Shown one piece after another: positions 11,031 to 23,167 of a stretch of DNA of 64,000 nucleotides; positions within the stretch are counted from its first letter, which is position 1, and the number at the start of each line of letters is the position of its first letter. The position numbers and the translations under genes were made by a program. The stretch lies in NCBI GenBank assembly GCA_964188305.1, contig OZ076885.1; one strand, given 5' to 3'. The stretch is from Podarcis bocagei (lineage: Eukaryota). The notes below the pieces were generated by a model. It was not told the DNA's origin. It ran no database searches and saw only the letters and a program-made list of their open reading frames with translations.

Positions 11031-12246
11031 GCGGCGGGGGGGGGGCTGGGTCAGTTCGTATGGGGAGAGCTGTTCTCCTGTTCATTTAACAAACATAGAT
11101 ATAACCATTATAATGGTTCAATTGTTATCCTTTCTGAAAATAAGAACATTTGATGTTATAACGTTTGTTTTGCCCCATGGTCACTTCTGCCATGACACAG
11201 ACTGGACCCATGTACTCTTAGCTCTTGGCACAGTGTAATGGAAATAGATCCTTTAAATACAGGGGTCCAGTCTCAGCATAAGGACTGGATTAGATGACCT
11301 TCTAATTTCTTCCATTCCACAGCTATGTTAATATTGTAGCCCATGAGTGCAGGTTTCTGCTTAAGCTGAGCAACCGGGGAATGTGGTATGCAAAGTGGGT
11401 GAATGCATCCCATCCCCAAAAGTTCAAATGGAATTTGCAAATGATGGACCCTTGGCCACTTTAGGAGTTTCATGTTTGAGCAGGGATTTGAACCCAATTT
11501 CCCCACATCCCAACCTAGCGCACAGCCCCCAGCACAAATGTTGCCTCTTTACGGGAGAAAGCTGCCTTGTAACATTAAGGAGAGATTTTCTCCCGTTCTC
11601 CTGCACCGAGGTTTTCTTTACATCACTGCAAAGCTGACAAACCCTCCCAGAAAGAGGTGACTCTTCAGTTCCCCTTCACAAACAGGGGTTTGGTCTTTTT
11701 ATCCACCAAATCCCTGCCTATCGGTCCTTCAGATCCTCCTTGCTGTGATCTGTAAAGGCAGCTTTGTCAGAGCGGCTTGAAGCGTGTGATTTTTAATCTG
11801 TCTTAAATACTTTCCCTGTTGGTGACAGCTTCTAAATTCCAGGCGCCAATGGTTAAGCTGAAGCCTTCACTGTCACCTTATCTAGGAATTTGACAATGTC
11901 CCTTACTTCCTTGCAGGAGGGGGATTGTTGCGCTTCTCTTTGCCATAACGTGAGCCAATATTTGCCCGTGCTTGTAGTAATTTTTACAATTAGCCATTCA
12001 TCTGAATGGTACATAGGGAATTGAAGTTGTGGTGTGTTTAAGCTTCAGGGAGGGCATTATACTCTTCAGTTGGTGGGATTTTTCAGCGCGGCTAAGGAAG
12101 TCCATGGTGAGAATTTGGAAGAAGGATAGCTGTGGGCCAGGCAATGCCGCAAGAGGACTTGGTAGATCGTAAGATTCCCAGCTCAACCACAAACTCTCAT
12201 ATATACAAGCACATATGATTAACAGTAAGTTAATTTATTTTAGTTA

Positions 12247-12700
12247 CAGGTAGGTAGCCATGTTGGTCTGCCGTAGTCGAAACAAAAAATTAAAAAATTC
12301 CTTCCAATAGCACCTTAGAGACCAATTAAGATTGTTATTGTTATGAGCTTTTGTGTGCATGCACACTTCTTCAGATAGACTGAAACAGAAGTCACCAGAC
12401 CCTTGAATTCTTATTCTCATTATACATGATAAAACTATTTTTAGCCATCTCACCCCTTGCTTTTTCCTGTAAGACCAATTGTAGTCGTTAACAGTAGTCA
12501 ACAGGTTTACCACACCTATCAGCCAATCACCCATTCCAACCACCCTTCTGCGTAATACCCCTCCCCACCCTCTAACTATATATAAGGGTCTGGTAACTTC
12601 TGTTTCAGTGTATCTGAAGAAGTGTGCATGCACATGAAAGCTCATACCAATAACAAACTTAGTTGGTCTCTAAGGTGCTACTGGAAGGAATTTTTTGTTT
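12247..12700. mobile_element. Penelope-like element remnant: two terminal-repeat segments in inverted orientation
   Basis: 113-bp inverted repeat (12292-12404 / 12584-12696) containing CTGAAGAAGTGTGCATGCACAYGAAAGCT...CTCTAAGGTGC. This resembles reptile Penelope terminal repeats as I recall them. The same family is at 42918-43245. Confidence 0.75.
12610..12647 (+). ncRNA. Minimal type-I hammerhead ribozyme-like motif (Penelope-associated)
   Basis: GTAT-CTGAAGA-A-GTGTG(CATG)CACAT-GAAA-GC-TC-ATAC. This gives the CUGANGA and GAAA core boxes, a helix II hairpin, a GUAU/AUAC helix I and a UC cleavage site. Confidence 0.6.
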
Positions 12701-13949
12701 ATTTTGAATGCCACTGGTGCTGTGTGTGCTTTCCGCATGGGTTTACAAACTGCATAGAGCTACATAGAGTGGAATGCCACCCAAATAGTTACCTGAGGCA
12801 GTGTGTGTGATCAGGGACCTCACAAAAGGGACTATGGACAAATAATTGTTTTTTTTCTTTTACTTTAGCATTCTTAGCTGTGATATTTTAAATGAAGCCA
12901 AAATCAGGCTAATCTCATGATATTTTTGTGCTACTTCCTCAACCCACATGGGTGTGGCTGCCATCATTTTATCACTAGCTCCAAAGCAGGCAAAAACACT
13001 ATACTTACTGCTCAGGGGTGTTTCCTTGCCTGGCCATTCCCTCCTTGAGAGCACCTACCAAATCACAGTAATGATAAGGCTACCATGAGTAACATTGGAA
13101 TAAGGTGAGCCAAATGAATATTACCTATTTAAAAATTGCACTTAGTGGATGAAGAATAAAGTAAAATAAAATTAGAGTTTTTATTTTAAAAATACCATAA
13201 AAGTATGTAGAAAGTCAAAACATTGCAAAAGATAGTTTGTTGAGCGGCAGTGCTAAGAAGCTTGGGTAATATTTTCCATTGGTTCAAAAGTCCATGATTC
13301 CGATAAAGTGTGCTAAGACAGAGCATCAAAGAAAAATTCAACATGGCTCTAAGCTCACAATAAAGCCAAATAAAGGACAAATAAGTAGGACAAGAGCACA
13401 TAAGTTTCCTAGAATGTACCACCTGGGATCTTGCTAGGACCTCCTTTTAATTAGCTGAAGAAGCAACATCTCCAGTGCACATGATCCCTTGGGTTCATAA
13501 CAGGTTGACTCTCTTACAGTATGATCCTAACCACACAGAGGTACACATCCTATTGAATTCCATGGGAATTGCTCCTGAGTCAGTTGGTTTAACATTGTAG
13601 CCAGGAGTGTCCCAATTACCTCGCAATGCAGGACTTAGAATCTCATTTGGAAAAAAGCTCCTCAACACTTTTGTATTTGTAGGTGCACTGGGTTAAAATA
13701 AGGAGGATTTAAGTAATTATAAGTTCCAGGAAAGGAGCAGGGAAGAGGTGTGTACTCAACAAAAGTGAAATCATGGCTGCCCAGGAGGTCCAAATATCAA
13801 TAAAAAACTAAGCAAAAGTCCTTTATGTGACAGCTCCTTTATAAAAGTTGATGCTAGATAAAACCACTAGTATATTGGTGCTGTTCCCTTACCACTAGTG
13901 GCGGTTAAGTCACTTTGATAATACTTTCCTGAGCTCACAGGGACATGAT

Positions 13950-14490
13950 CAGTTGTTTTTAGCTGCTGTAGTCTTTGGTCATATAGACACACTCAGTAAG
14001 AGTTAATAAACAGTAGTGGTATTCAGCTGATGCTATAAAGCCTGCCAAACTGCTGTTGAGCCTGCGGCATCTCTGTGACACAGAAATTAGAAACAATTCA
14101 GAGGAAAAAAGCTATGGCTATAAGGATGACAACAGTTTTGGAAGGCAAATTGTATGAGGAAGGGCTGAAGGCAACTGATAAATTTATAGCCTAGTGACAG
14201 GAATGTTAGGGAGAGAGGGGGCACGTTATTCAAAAGTCGGAAGAGACTGGGAGTTCCTCAAAAGATTCAGGGAAGATTGGATAATACACAAGGAGAATTT
14301 GCTCCAGGAAATATTTAAGTAAAACACTGGCGGAGCTATAAAAGCAGCTGAGCAATGGAACATGGGCTGCTTAGGAAGGCTGTAGAATTTTACCCCATGT
14401 AAGTTATTAGGGAATAGCTTGGTGCAGACCTCTCAGAGCTAGGTTTTGCTAAGCCAGAGCTAGGCAGTATTTCTTCCAGCCCTATTTATG
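13950..14490 (+). mobile_element. Highly degraded CR1 LINE 3' fragment
   Basis: TATGAGGAAGGGCTGAAG (YEE.LK-like), CAATGGAAC and a CTTCCAGCCCTA terminal motif typical of CR1 3' ends. Boundaries approximate. Confidence 0.45.
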
Positions 14491-14818
14491 TGGCTCTGTG
14501 GAACCGACAGTTACGTATACTTGCCACGTAATACTTGTTACACAGTTGTACAAATATTATCTCTTGGCGTGGCAGCACCTACAAGTAAGGAACGCCTTGC
14601 CTGTTGACACCAGGCAGGTGCCTCTGCTGTTCAAGCACCTGCTCAAAACATTTTTGTTTAGGCCCATCCAGAACCATAGGTGCTGACATGTTTTAATTTC
14701 TTTTACTGTTATTTAAATTATCCTTAATGTTTTTAATTGATTTTAACCATTTTCATTGAAATTTTTACTAATCCTTAGAAAGCACTTACTACAGTACAAT
14801 TTACTACAACTTACTACA

Positions 14819-15155
14819 GGGACACGAGTGGCACTGTGGGTTAAACCACAGAGCCTAGGACTTGCCGATCAGAAGGTCGGCAGTTTGAATCCCCGTGACG
14901 GGGTGAGCTCCCGTTGCTCGGTCCCTGCTCCTGCCAGCCTAGCAGTTCAAAAGCACGTCAAAGTGCAAGTAGATAAATAGGTACTGCTCCAGTGGGAAGG
15001 TAAACGCCGTTTCTGTGCACTGCTCTGGTTTGCCAGAAGTGGCTTAGTCATGCTGGCCACATGACCCAGAAGCTTTACGCAAGATGAGCGCCGCAACCCC
15101 AGAGTCGGTCACAACCGGACCTAATGGTCACGGGTCCCTTTACCTTTACCTTTAC
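14819..15155 (+). mobile_element. Sauria-type SINE, copy 2 (inside an old L2 3' end)
   Basis: Same body as copy 1 (AAGTGCAAGTAGATAAATAGGTAC...GCTTAGTCATGCTGGCCACATGACC) with (ACCTTT)n tail. Confidence 0.9.
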
Positions 15156-15733
15156 ACTACAATTAAGCAGTATATAAATTTTGTCAATTAATTGAAATAA
15201 GAAATAGCAACTATTCTTCCTTCCTGTTTCTGGGCACTAGCTCTCATACTCCAGATGTTGTCTATTCCTGAATTCTAAGAAGCAGATTTGGGAAGGAAAC
15301 ATTGGTCTTAAGCTGTATGAGGCATCTCCCCTGCTTCTGCACACACACTTCTAACTTCCTCCTTCTCTTCTCTGCTTCCGCAACCAAAGCAAGTAGTGTC
15401 TGCAGCCCAACTTGAGCTGAGAGTAGAAAACCTGTTTTGGATTGAACTGACCTCTGCGTAAATGGGACTGTAATGAAATGCTTTGGTCAAAGATCTCCAG
15501 TAGTAGATTGCAATGTTTAATTAATTTGTGGTTATATAAATAATTTTGCAGTCTTCAGCTGAAAAGAACAAACTACAACGATTTATCTGTACAGTGATTA
15601 TCATGATTTAATTAGGATCATTATAGTGGCTGAGTTTCCATTTCACATAAAACTATAGACAGAAACCGAGGTTTAATGGGAAGAAGCAGCGTGCTTTCTG
15701 TTCTTGGTTTGTTTGGTGGGGCGGAAGTCATGA

Positions 15734-16120
15734 CAGGGGCGTCTTACCCATAGAGGCTATTGGTGTGGGGCGCCGGGGCGCCAGGTTCTGGAGAGCGCCA
15801 GGGAAGAGGCGGAGGATGGATGTGGCGCCTGCTGGCATCAGCTCGCCACCCTCGCCCGCCTCCACTATGCTGTGCCGAAGCAGCCCCGCACCCGGAGCCT
15901 CCGTCTGCTGTGGCCACCGCGGCATGAAGTGTCCAGCTGAGCCAGGAGGCGCAGCGTCCAGCCTCCGCCTCTTCCCCGCCGGAGGAGTTGCCCTCCAGCT
16001 GCTGCCCGCCTCCTTCAGCCCTGCTGGCAGCGCCGTCCTCCCTAAAATACTCTGCTAAATGGTGAGGGGGCGCCTGAGGGACTTTGTACCATGACGCGGG
16101 ATATTCTTAAGACGGCCCAG
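15734..16120. mobile_element. GC-rich non-autonomous hAT element
   Basis: TIRs CAGGGGCGTCTTA ... TAAGACGGCCCAG. 8-bp TSD AGTCATGA / AGGCATGA (7/8 match). Confidence 0.75.
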
Positions 16121-16280
16121 AGGCATGAGCCCAGGTTTGGATGATTAGCCAGATTCTGGCTCATTTGTCTATACTGCAGCAGCAGCAGCAGCAGCAGCAC
16201 CAGCAGCTGAGAAGGAGTTTTGCAGGAACTTTAAAGCAAACGATTTTTAACATGAATTATAGTTTACTATAATTCATAGC

Positions 16281-16643
16281 GGGACGCAGGTGGCGCTGTG
16301 GGTTAAACCACAGAGCTTAAGACTTGCTGATCAGAAGGTTGGCTGTTCGAATCCCCGCGACGGGGTGAGCTCCTGTTGCTCGGTCCCTGCTCCTGCCAAC
16401 CTAGCAGTTCGAAAGCACGTCAAAGTGCAAGTAGATAAATAGGTACTGCTTCAGCGGGAAGGTAAATGGTGTTTCCGTGCTCTGCTCTGGTTTGCCAGAA
16501 GCGGCTTAGTCATGCTGGTCACATGACCAGAAGCTGTACCCCGGCTCCCTCAGTGAATAAAGCGAGATGAGCACTGCAACCCCAGAGTCAGCCACGACTG
16601 GACCTAATGGTCAGGGGTCCCTTTACCTTTACTTTTACCTTTA
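16281..16643 (+). mobile_element. Sauria-type SINE, copy 3
   Basis: GGGACGCAGGTGGCGCTGTGGG head, GTTCGAATCC B box, shared body and ACCTTT tail. Confidence 0.9.
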
Positions 16644-18246
16644 TGAATTAATGTAACATGCAAACTCTCTAATTGTTTTTAGACTTGCCACCGAATAAAG
16701 TTTCCCTGGCATGGCTTTTACTCACACCTAGCTTCTAAAAGATTTCCATATTTTTTTCAGCCAGCTTATACTTGTAATTGTTTATTTTACGTATTTGGCC
16801 TATTTATAGGCCATTCCGTAACAAAAATGTATTTGGGCAGCTAAAAAAATAAACTGTAAAAAACAAATAAGACAAAATGCAACATTAAAGCAATATCCGT
16901 TAAGGTCAGCAGGAGTACCCAATGTGGTGGGGCACTGCCCTCCCAATTGCAGTGCTGCTGCCACTTAGCAGGGCAAGGGTAGGCCTAATTAGGCTAGCCA
17001 GGCCTGCCTATTTGTTCTGCAAGGCCATTTTGGCAAAGCCATGCCAACTTGCTCTACATATGACATCACATATGAAATTAGGTGTAAGGTATGTAAACTG
17101 GTGTACCTCCCTGCTGAAAGGGTTTTGCAGGCAGTTCTATCAGGTGATTGGTGGTGCCTGCAAAGCCCTGTTCCTTTGCAAGAGAAAATGGTCACGGTGG
17201 CGCTTGAAAAAGCAGAGATTTGCTAGTACCCCCAACCAGCTGATCAACAGTGCCTTCAGAGCCCTTTGCCTTTGTATGGGTCACCCGATCTCCTTGTGAC
17301 CTCACCCACCTGATAGCATTCAAAGCTACAACATAATTTAAAATTACTAAAACAACAAGGAGGTATTTGCCTGGTGCTGAAAGTACATTTGAGTAGGTGT
17401 TAGGTGTCGACCTGTGTGGAGAGGCTATTCCATAGGTCTTGAAAAGTCTTACTCTGTAAATATGTGACCTGTATCAAATACACTTATTAGGGTCATCTGA
17501 ACCTATTTGCAACATTATGCAGTGCGTCTGTTGTCTGACTATAGCACACAGTGGTCCAGATTATGTGGTTGATCAATGGTAGGGCTGTTATAGACATAGC
17601 ACTGTATTTTACATAGGTTTGCTACCCTGCCTGCAGTTGTCTCAAAATGCATTATCCAAATGTGTGAGTTATACATGTGACCATGAAGCATAATATTTGG
17701 GAACTGTAATCCAGAGCTCTCACTGTACACAATGGGGGAATATTGCTTTGCACCTTTACTTGCTTTTAATTATTTTGGGGAATTAGCAGAAATCACTGAG
17801 TCCCAATTATGAGTTTAAAATTGAAAAATGTTCCTTTGTTTACAGAATTAAATGGTGATCAATGCATTAAATGGTTTGGGGGCTTCAAGTGCCAAACCCA
17901 ATATTTACAAAAGAGTAAAATGTTTAGTTCAAATGTAGAGTGATTAACAGAGGCTGCCCAAACCCATGTTGCCTGGATCAATCATTTACACTTGTTTATG
18001 TGGCAGAGATAGGTGGAGGCAGGGAGTCCTATGATTGCTAGTACCACTCCCTGCTCCTTAAAGCACAATCTGGCATGTTAAACTGGAGGTCTAAATGCAC
18101 CAAGGGGGAATGTCCAAATGGAAGGCAGAAGAAGGGTCATATTAAGGAAACTAAGAAAATGTGAGAAAAGGAAGGGATAAAATCCCAGTAACTATTAAAT
18201 CCATAGTTTGAATGTTCACATGTTCAGGTGAATGCCTGAACACAGC

Positions 18247-19711
18247 AATAATAATAATAATAATAATAAATTTTATTTATATCCCGCCCTCCCCAGCCAA
18301 GCCGGGCTCAGGGCGGCTAACAACAATCAAATAAACAATCAAATAATAACACATTCTAAAAATTTTCATTATAAAAATTAGTTAAAATCAAATTGATGGC
18401 AACCGATTAAACAAAATTCTGTGCAGGTTGCCAGAGGAGGGAGTCAGGCTGCACCCTGACCAAAGGCCTGGCGGAACAACTCTGTCTTGCAGGCCCTGCG
18501 GAAAGATGTCAGGTCCCGCAGGGCCCTGGTCTCTTGTGACAGAGCGTTCCACCAGGTTGGAGCCGCAGCCGAGAAGGCCCTGGCTCTGGTTGAGGCCAGC
18601 CTAACCTCTCTGAGGCCTGGGACCTTGAGGGTGTTATTATTTGCAGACCGTAGGTTTCTCTGTGGGGCATACCAGGAGAGGCGGTCCCGTAGGTACGAGG
18701 GTCCTAGGCCGTATAGGGCTTTAAAGGTTAAAACCAGCACCTTAAACCTGATCCTGTACTCCACCGGGAGCCAGTGCAGCTGGTATAGTACCGGATGAAT
18801 GTGATCTCGCAGCGAAGACCCCATAAGGAGTCTCGCCGCGGCATTCTGCACCCGCTGGAGTTTCTGGGTCAGTCTCAAGGGCAGCCCCACGTAGAGCGAG
18901 TTACAATAATCCAGTCTGGAGGTGACCGTCGCATGGATCACAGTGGCTAGGTGAGGGCGAGAGAGATAAGGGGCCAACTGCTTAGCTTGGCGGAGATGGA
19001 AAAATGCCGCCTTTGTTATAGCTGTAATCTGCGCCTCCATAGAGAGGGAGGTATCGAAGATTACACCCAAACTCTTAACGGACGGTGCTGGCACTAATTG
19101 CACCCTCGCAAGAGATGGGAGTTGCCCCCTCGATCCCATATCGTCCCGCCCCAGCCAGAGGACCTCTGTCTTCGAAGGATTTAACTTCAACCGGCTCCCA
19201 CGTAACCATCCAGCCACAGCTTCCAGACATCTGGTCAGTGTGTCTGGGGCCGAGTTAGGATGGCCATCCATCAACAGATAGAGTTGGGTGTCATCAGCAT
19301 ACTGATGGCAACCCAGCCCAAAACTCCGGACAAGCTGGGCGAGGGGGCGCATAAAGATGTTAAAAAGCATCGGGGAGAGAATCGCACCCTGAGGCACTCC
19401 ACACACCAAGGAGTGACGCGATGACAATTCCCCCCCAAGCGCCACCCTCTGTCCCCGATCAGAGAGAAACGAGCGCAGCCATTGAAGGACTGTGCCCTGG
19501 ATCCCCACGTCGGCAAGGCGGTGGTCCAGGAGTTCGTGATCGACCATGTCAAAGGCTGCTGACAGATCTAGAAGAATCAGCAGCCCCGACCCGCCTCGAT
19601 CCAGCTGTCTGCGGAGATCATCTGTTAGGGCGACCAGAGCCGTCTCGGTCCCATGGCCAGCACGGAAGCCGGACTGGAATGGATCCAAAGCAGATGTTTC
19701 ATCCAGGAACC
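18247..19711 (-). mobile_element. Young 5'-truncated L2-clade LINE with an intact 414-codon ORF2 C-terminus (reverse transcriptase)
   Basis: ORF 18444..19688(-) has DPFQSGFR..HGTETAL, LLDLSAAFD, GVPQGAILSP, QYADDTQLY, SRLDYCNSL and LHWLPVEYRI, followed by a 3'UTR and a simple-repeat tail. CpGs are retained. Confidence 0.93.
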
Positions 19712-20065
19712 TACCAATAATTCCTGAGGGGAAGGGATGCTTGAAATAATAGGTGATGGGATCTGACAGAGGTTAGAGGAGGGGCAGGATTCTCTAACAA
19801 AAGGTGTTGCTAAGCAGCCAGAGGCATGGGACCTTTTTGGGTTTCCTGATTCAAGACAACTGAATGTCTTTAGGGAGCAACAGGTAAAAGGGCAAGAACC
19901 AATAAGGACAACTTGGAACTTGAGTGCCAAGCACAAAACAGTAGCGGTAATGCTCTTTGGACAAGATGCAAATGGCTGTTGATTAAATGATCAGTAGAGC
20001 AGTGCCACTCAGAAGTAGGTTTTTGTTCTTGCCGAGGCTAGTGAGGTGTGTGCCTGTGTTAACTA

Positions 20066-20291
20066 CAGTGGTACCTCAGGTTACATACGCTTCAGGTTAC
20101 AGACTCCGCTAACCTAGAAATAGTGCTTCAGGTTAAGAACTTTGCTTCAGGATGAGAACAGAAATCGTGCTCCGGCGATGCGGCAGCAGCAGGAGGCCCC
20201 ATTAGCTAAAGTGGTACCCCAGGTTAAGAACAGTTTCAGGTTAAGTACAGACCTCCGGAACCAATTAAGTACTTAACCTGAGGTACCACTG
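20066..20291. mobile_element. Tc1/mariner-type MITE
   Basis: TIRs CAGTGGTACCTCAGGTTA ... TAACCTGAGGTACCACTG flanked by TA on both sides. A second copy in opposite orientation lies at 61944-62175. Confidence 0.88.
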
Positions 20292-21398
20292 TATTGACAA
20301 ATAGTGAGGTGCAAATTAAACATTATCATACATAAAAGAGTTCTCACATTTTTCAATTCCATGCATACAAATAATCTCCAGTCAGGTAGGTCAGCCCACT
20401 TAAACCAATGTCTGCTTTCTGTGTTGTGCCTGCAGTCCCATATGCATTGCATTGTTACCTGTTGAGCAAAGCCACAAGTATCACCTAGTTCTGGGGCACA
20501 CATGTCCCAGCTGTAACAAGCTCATCAATAGTAGGTTAGACTAGCTGACTTCTGAATTCATTGCATACTGGTCCTGGTTCTATGAATTCTAATACACAGC
20601 CACATTTCTTTAATTTTACACATACACCTTACTGTTGAGCCACATCACCTGCACCACAGAATATGCCCTAGTTTAAGATGAAAAGATATTCATATGCAGC
20701 TTCATATTGCTTGGTTTGTGTGATTCTTGATTTAAAGATGAGTCTCATTTCGTCTCTAGAGGATTCCGGACATCTCTGTTTGCACAGCACCATTTGCTTA
20801 TTTTATCCTTAATTGGTTCAAAAATGTACCCACAGAATGCGAACTAGCTAATCAGCCCAATTGTTGTTCTTTCTCAAGAAGCCACTTCCTTTTAGTTCCA
20901 TCACCCTGACCCTACCCCTACCCCCAGAAAGTCCTTTACATTTTGTTTTGTTTTGTTTTCTTGTAAAAACTTGTTTTTACATCACTCCTTGCCTTTTAAT
21001 GCAAATGCATTTATTAACACACACACACCCCAGGGCCTGTGGGAGGCTGAAATAATGAGGCTGTGTCATCCGTTCAAAGTAGCATGGAGGACTCCATGGG
21101 TGAAAATGTTCACTGTCTGAAGCAAGGATCATAGCTTCCCCCCACTTTTTGTTTAGAATTCTAAAGTGTTGCAAAGTTAACAAAAAGAAAAGGGGGAGCA
21201 TATAGAAGAAAGGCAAGCAATGGGAAACCACAATCAGTGCAACTCCAACTTTAGAATTAAGGCTGTGTACACACCAGGGTGCTAATGCACATGCGAGTTG
21301 TGCAGATTTGATTTTCCCATGTGTGCTTCTTTCCCATCCACACTAATGGGTGGTTCTTTATGGAAAATATTTGTGCTGAATTTTGTTGTCGTCCCCCT

Positions 21399-21454
<56 letters not shown>
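21399..21454. repeat. (CA)n(GA)n compound microsatellite
   Basis: Direct reading. Confidence 0.95.
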
Positions 21455-21458
<4 letters not shown>

Positions 21459-21944
21459 TCAGTTACTGCTTCCTTGTCCTCCAGAACTTTCAGAAACCTA
21501 AAGTCCATTGTGGGCATACACACAGTTCTCTCTTTACCTCTGTGCACAAACCCTTTAAGAAAAAGAAAGTTTTGTCTGTGGAATGGTGCCATGAATACTT
21601 TCACCAAAGATAAGTTTCAACCATAATTCACAGTGGGGGGAAACAACCCTTTTTATATATGAATTAAATACTTCTTTACCAGATTTGAGCAAACTGCAGT
21701 TTCAAAAAATAAAAATATATGTTTATATGTCATACCCAGGCAGAGGGCCATCAGCCTATCGGGGAGTGCCTCACTAGTGCAAAGAATGGCTGGGCAGGCA
21801 GAGTCAAGGGCATCTCCTGACTGTTCCCACGAACACAGAAGGCCACCATGCAGCTCACAGGAGATTGTAAACGTGGAAGCGCATAAACAGTACATTTCAT
21901 ACCCAAGGCAGGACAGAGAGAGCAATTTGGGGGAGAGGAATCTT

Positions 21945-22314
21945 TTTTAAATATATATATATATATTTATTAAAGTTTAAACGTTACAGAGGAAAAAGAA
22001 AAGAGAAACAAAAAAGAAATACAAGCAATAAACAATTACAAAACCTCAGAAACAAAAATAAATACAGTAATACAAAACATCAACAATACAAAAAAGGCAA
22101 AAAAGAAAAAACAAAAACATTTAATAAACCCAAAAAAGAACAAACAAAAATAAAAAGAACCCCGTATTTTCATATCCTTATCTTTCATTTGCTTATTTCC
22201 TCGACTTCCTCACACCTCCTTTTTTGTATTCTAGTTCAATTAATTATTCCAGCAAGTTCTTTCCCTCTTTCTCAAATTTAGTTCCATAATTTATCTTAAC
22301 ACATTTTAGCCTTA
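21945..22314 (-). mobile_element. 5'-truncated L1/Tx1-like retroposed 3' end
   Basis: Perfect 21-bp TSD AATTTGGGGGAGAGGAATCTT (21924-21944 / 22315-22335). On the - strand the insert is T-rich and ends AATAAA(TA)n...AAAAAA. Confidence 0.75.
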
Positions 22315-22799
22315 AATTTGGGGGAGAGGAATCTTGAGACATTGTTTTTCTTTTTCCTTCTGCCATTCTCTTCCCACCTCCTGTTCCTGCAAATGCAGTT
22401 TTTCTTTTTTATACAGCTGTTTTGCACAAAAGCAGTTCTGCACAAAACAGCTGGCTTAAAAGTTACTATGCACATGCATTTGGCCACAACTGGTGGCAAT
22501 AGGCACACCACATCTTTTCCTTTGGGTTCGTGGAGTCAAAACTGTTAGTTAGTTTTTGCTCAGATGATGAGCAACTGGAAGTATGGGGTATGACAATAGA
22601 CAATGCCCAGCAAAAATTCTCATGCACACTTAAAAAAACAAAAATAAAACAGACTACTCACACAGTGTGCTTCAGTGCATCAGTGCTCAGATAGCATGCA
22701 ATTTTGTTTGTGTGCCGCCGCCCCCCCCCCCGCTATGTTATCCATGGATTGGGAAAATCCAAATTAAATGGAGAAAAAGTACAGACTACTACTTGAATG

Positions 22800-23167
22800 G
22801 GGCACAGGTGGCACTGTGGGTTAAACCACTGTGGCGCTTGGGCTTGCCGATCGAAAGGTTGGCGGTTTGAATCCCCATGATGGGGTGAGCTCCCGTTGCT
22901 CGGTCCCAACTCCTGCCAACCTAGCAGTTCGAAAGCACGTCCAAGTGCAAGTAGATAAATAGGTACCGCTCTGGTGGGAAGGTAAATGGTGTTTCTGTGC
23001 GCTGCTCTGGTTTCTCCAGAAGCAGCTTAGTCATGCTGGCCACATGACCCAGAAAAACTGTCTGCTGACAAATACCAGTTCCCTTGGCCTTTAAAGTGAG
23101 ATGAGCGCCGCAACCCCAGAGTCGTTCACGACTGGTCTTAATTGTCAGGGGTCCCTTTACCTTTACC
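22800..23167 (+). mobile_element. Sauria-type SINE, copy 4
   Basis: Shared body and tail. 9-bp TSD ACTTGAATG (22791-22799 / 23168-23176). Confidence 0.9.

Noticed and set aside
15734-16120. CpG island suggesting an internal promoter
   Set aside because: It is bounded by TIRs and an 8-bp TSD, so it is a hAT-type insertion. The same applies to 48350-48693.
16281-16360. tRNA-like sequence with A and B boxes
   Set aside because: It is the head of a SINE repeated five times in the window and does not form a complete cloverleaf.
18444-19688. 414-aa reverse transcriptase ORF as a host or domesticated gene
   Set aside because: It starts mid-RT with no real ATG and lacks the endonuclease domain. 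It has a LINE 3'UTR and tail, so it is a truncated L2 copy.
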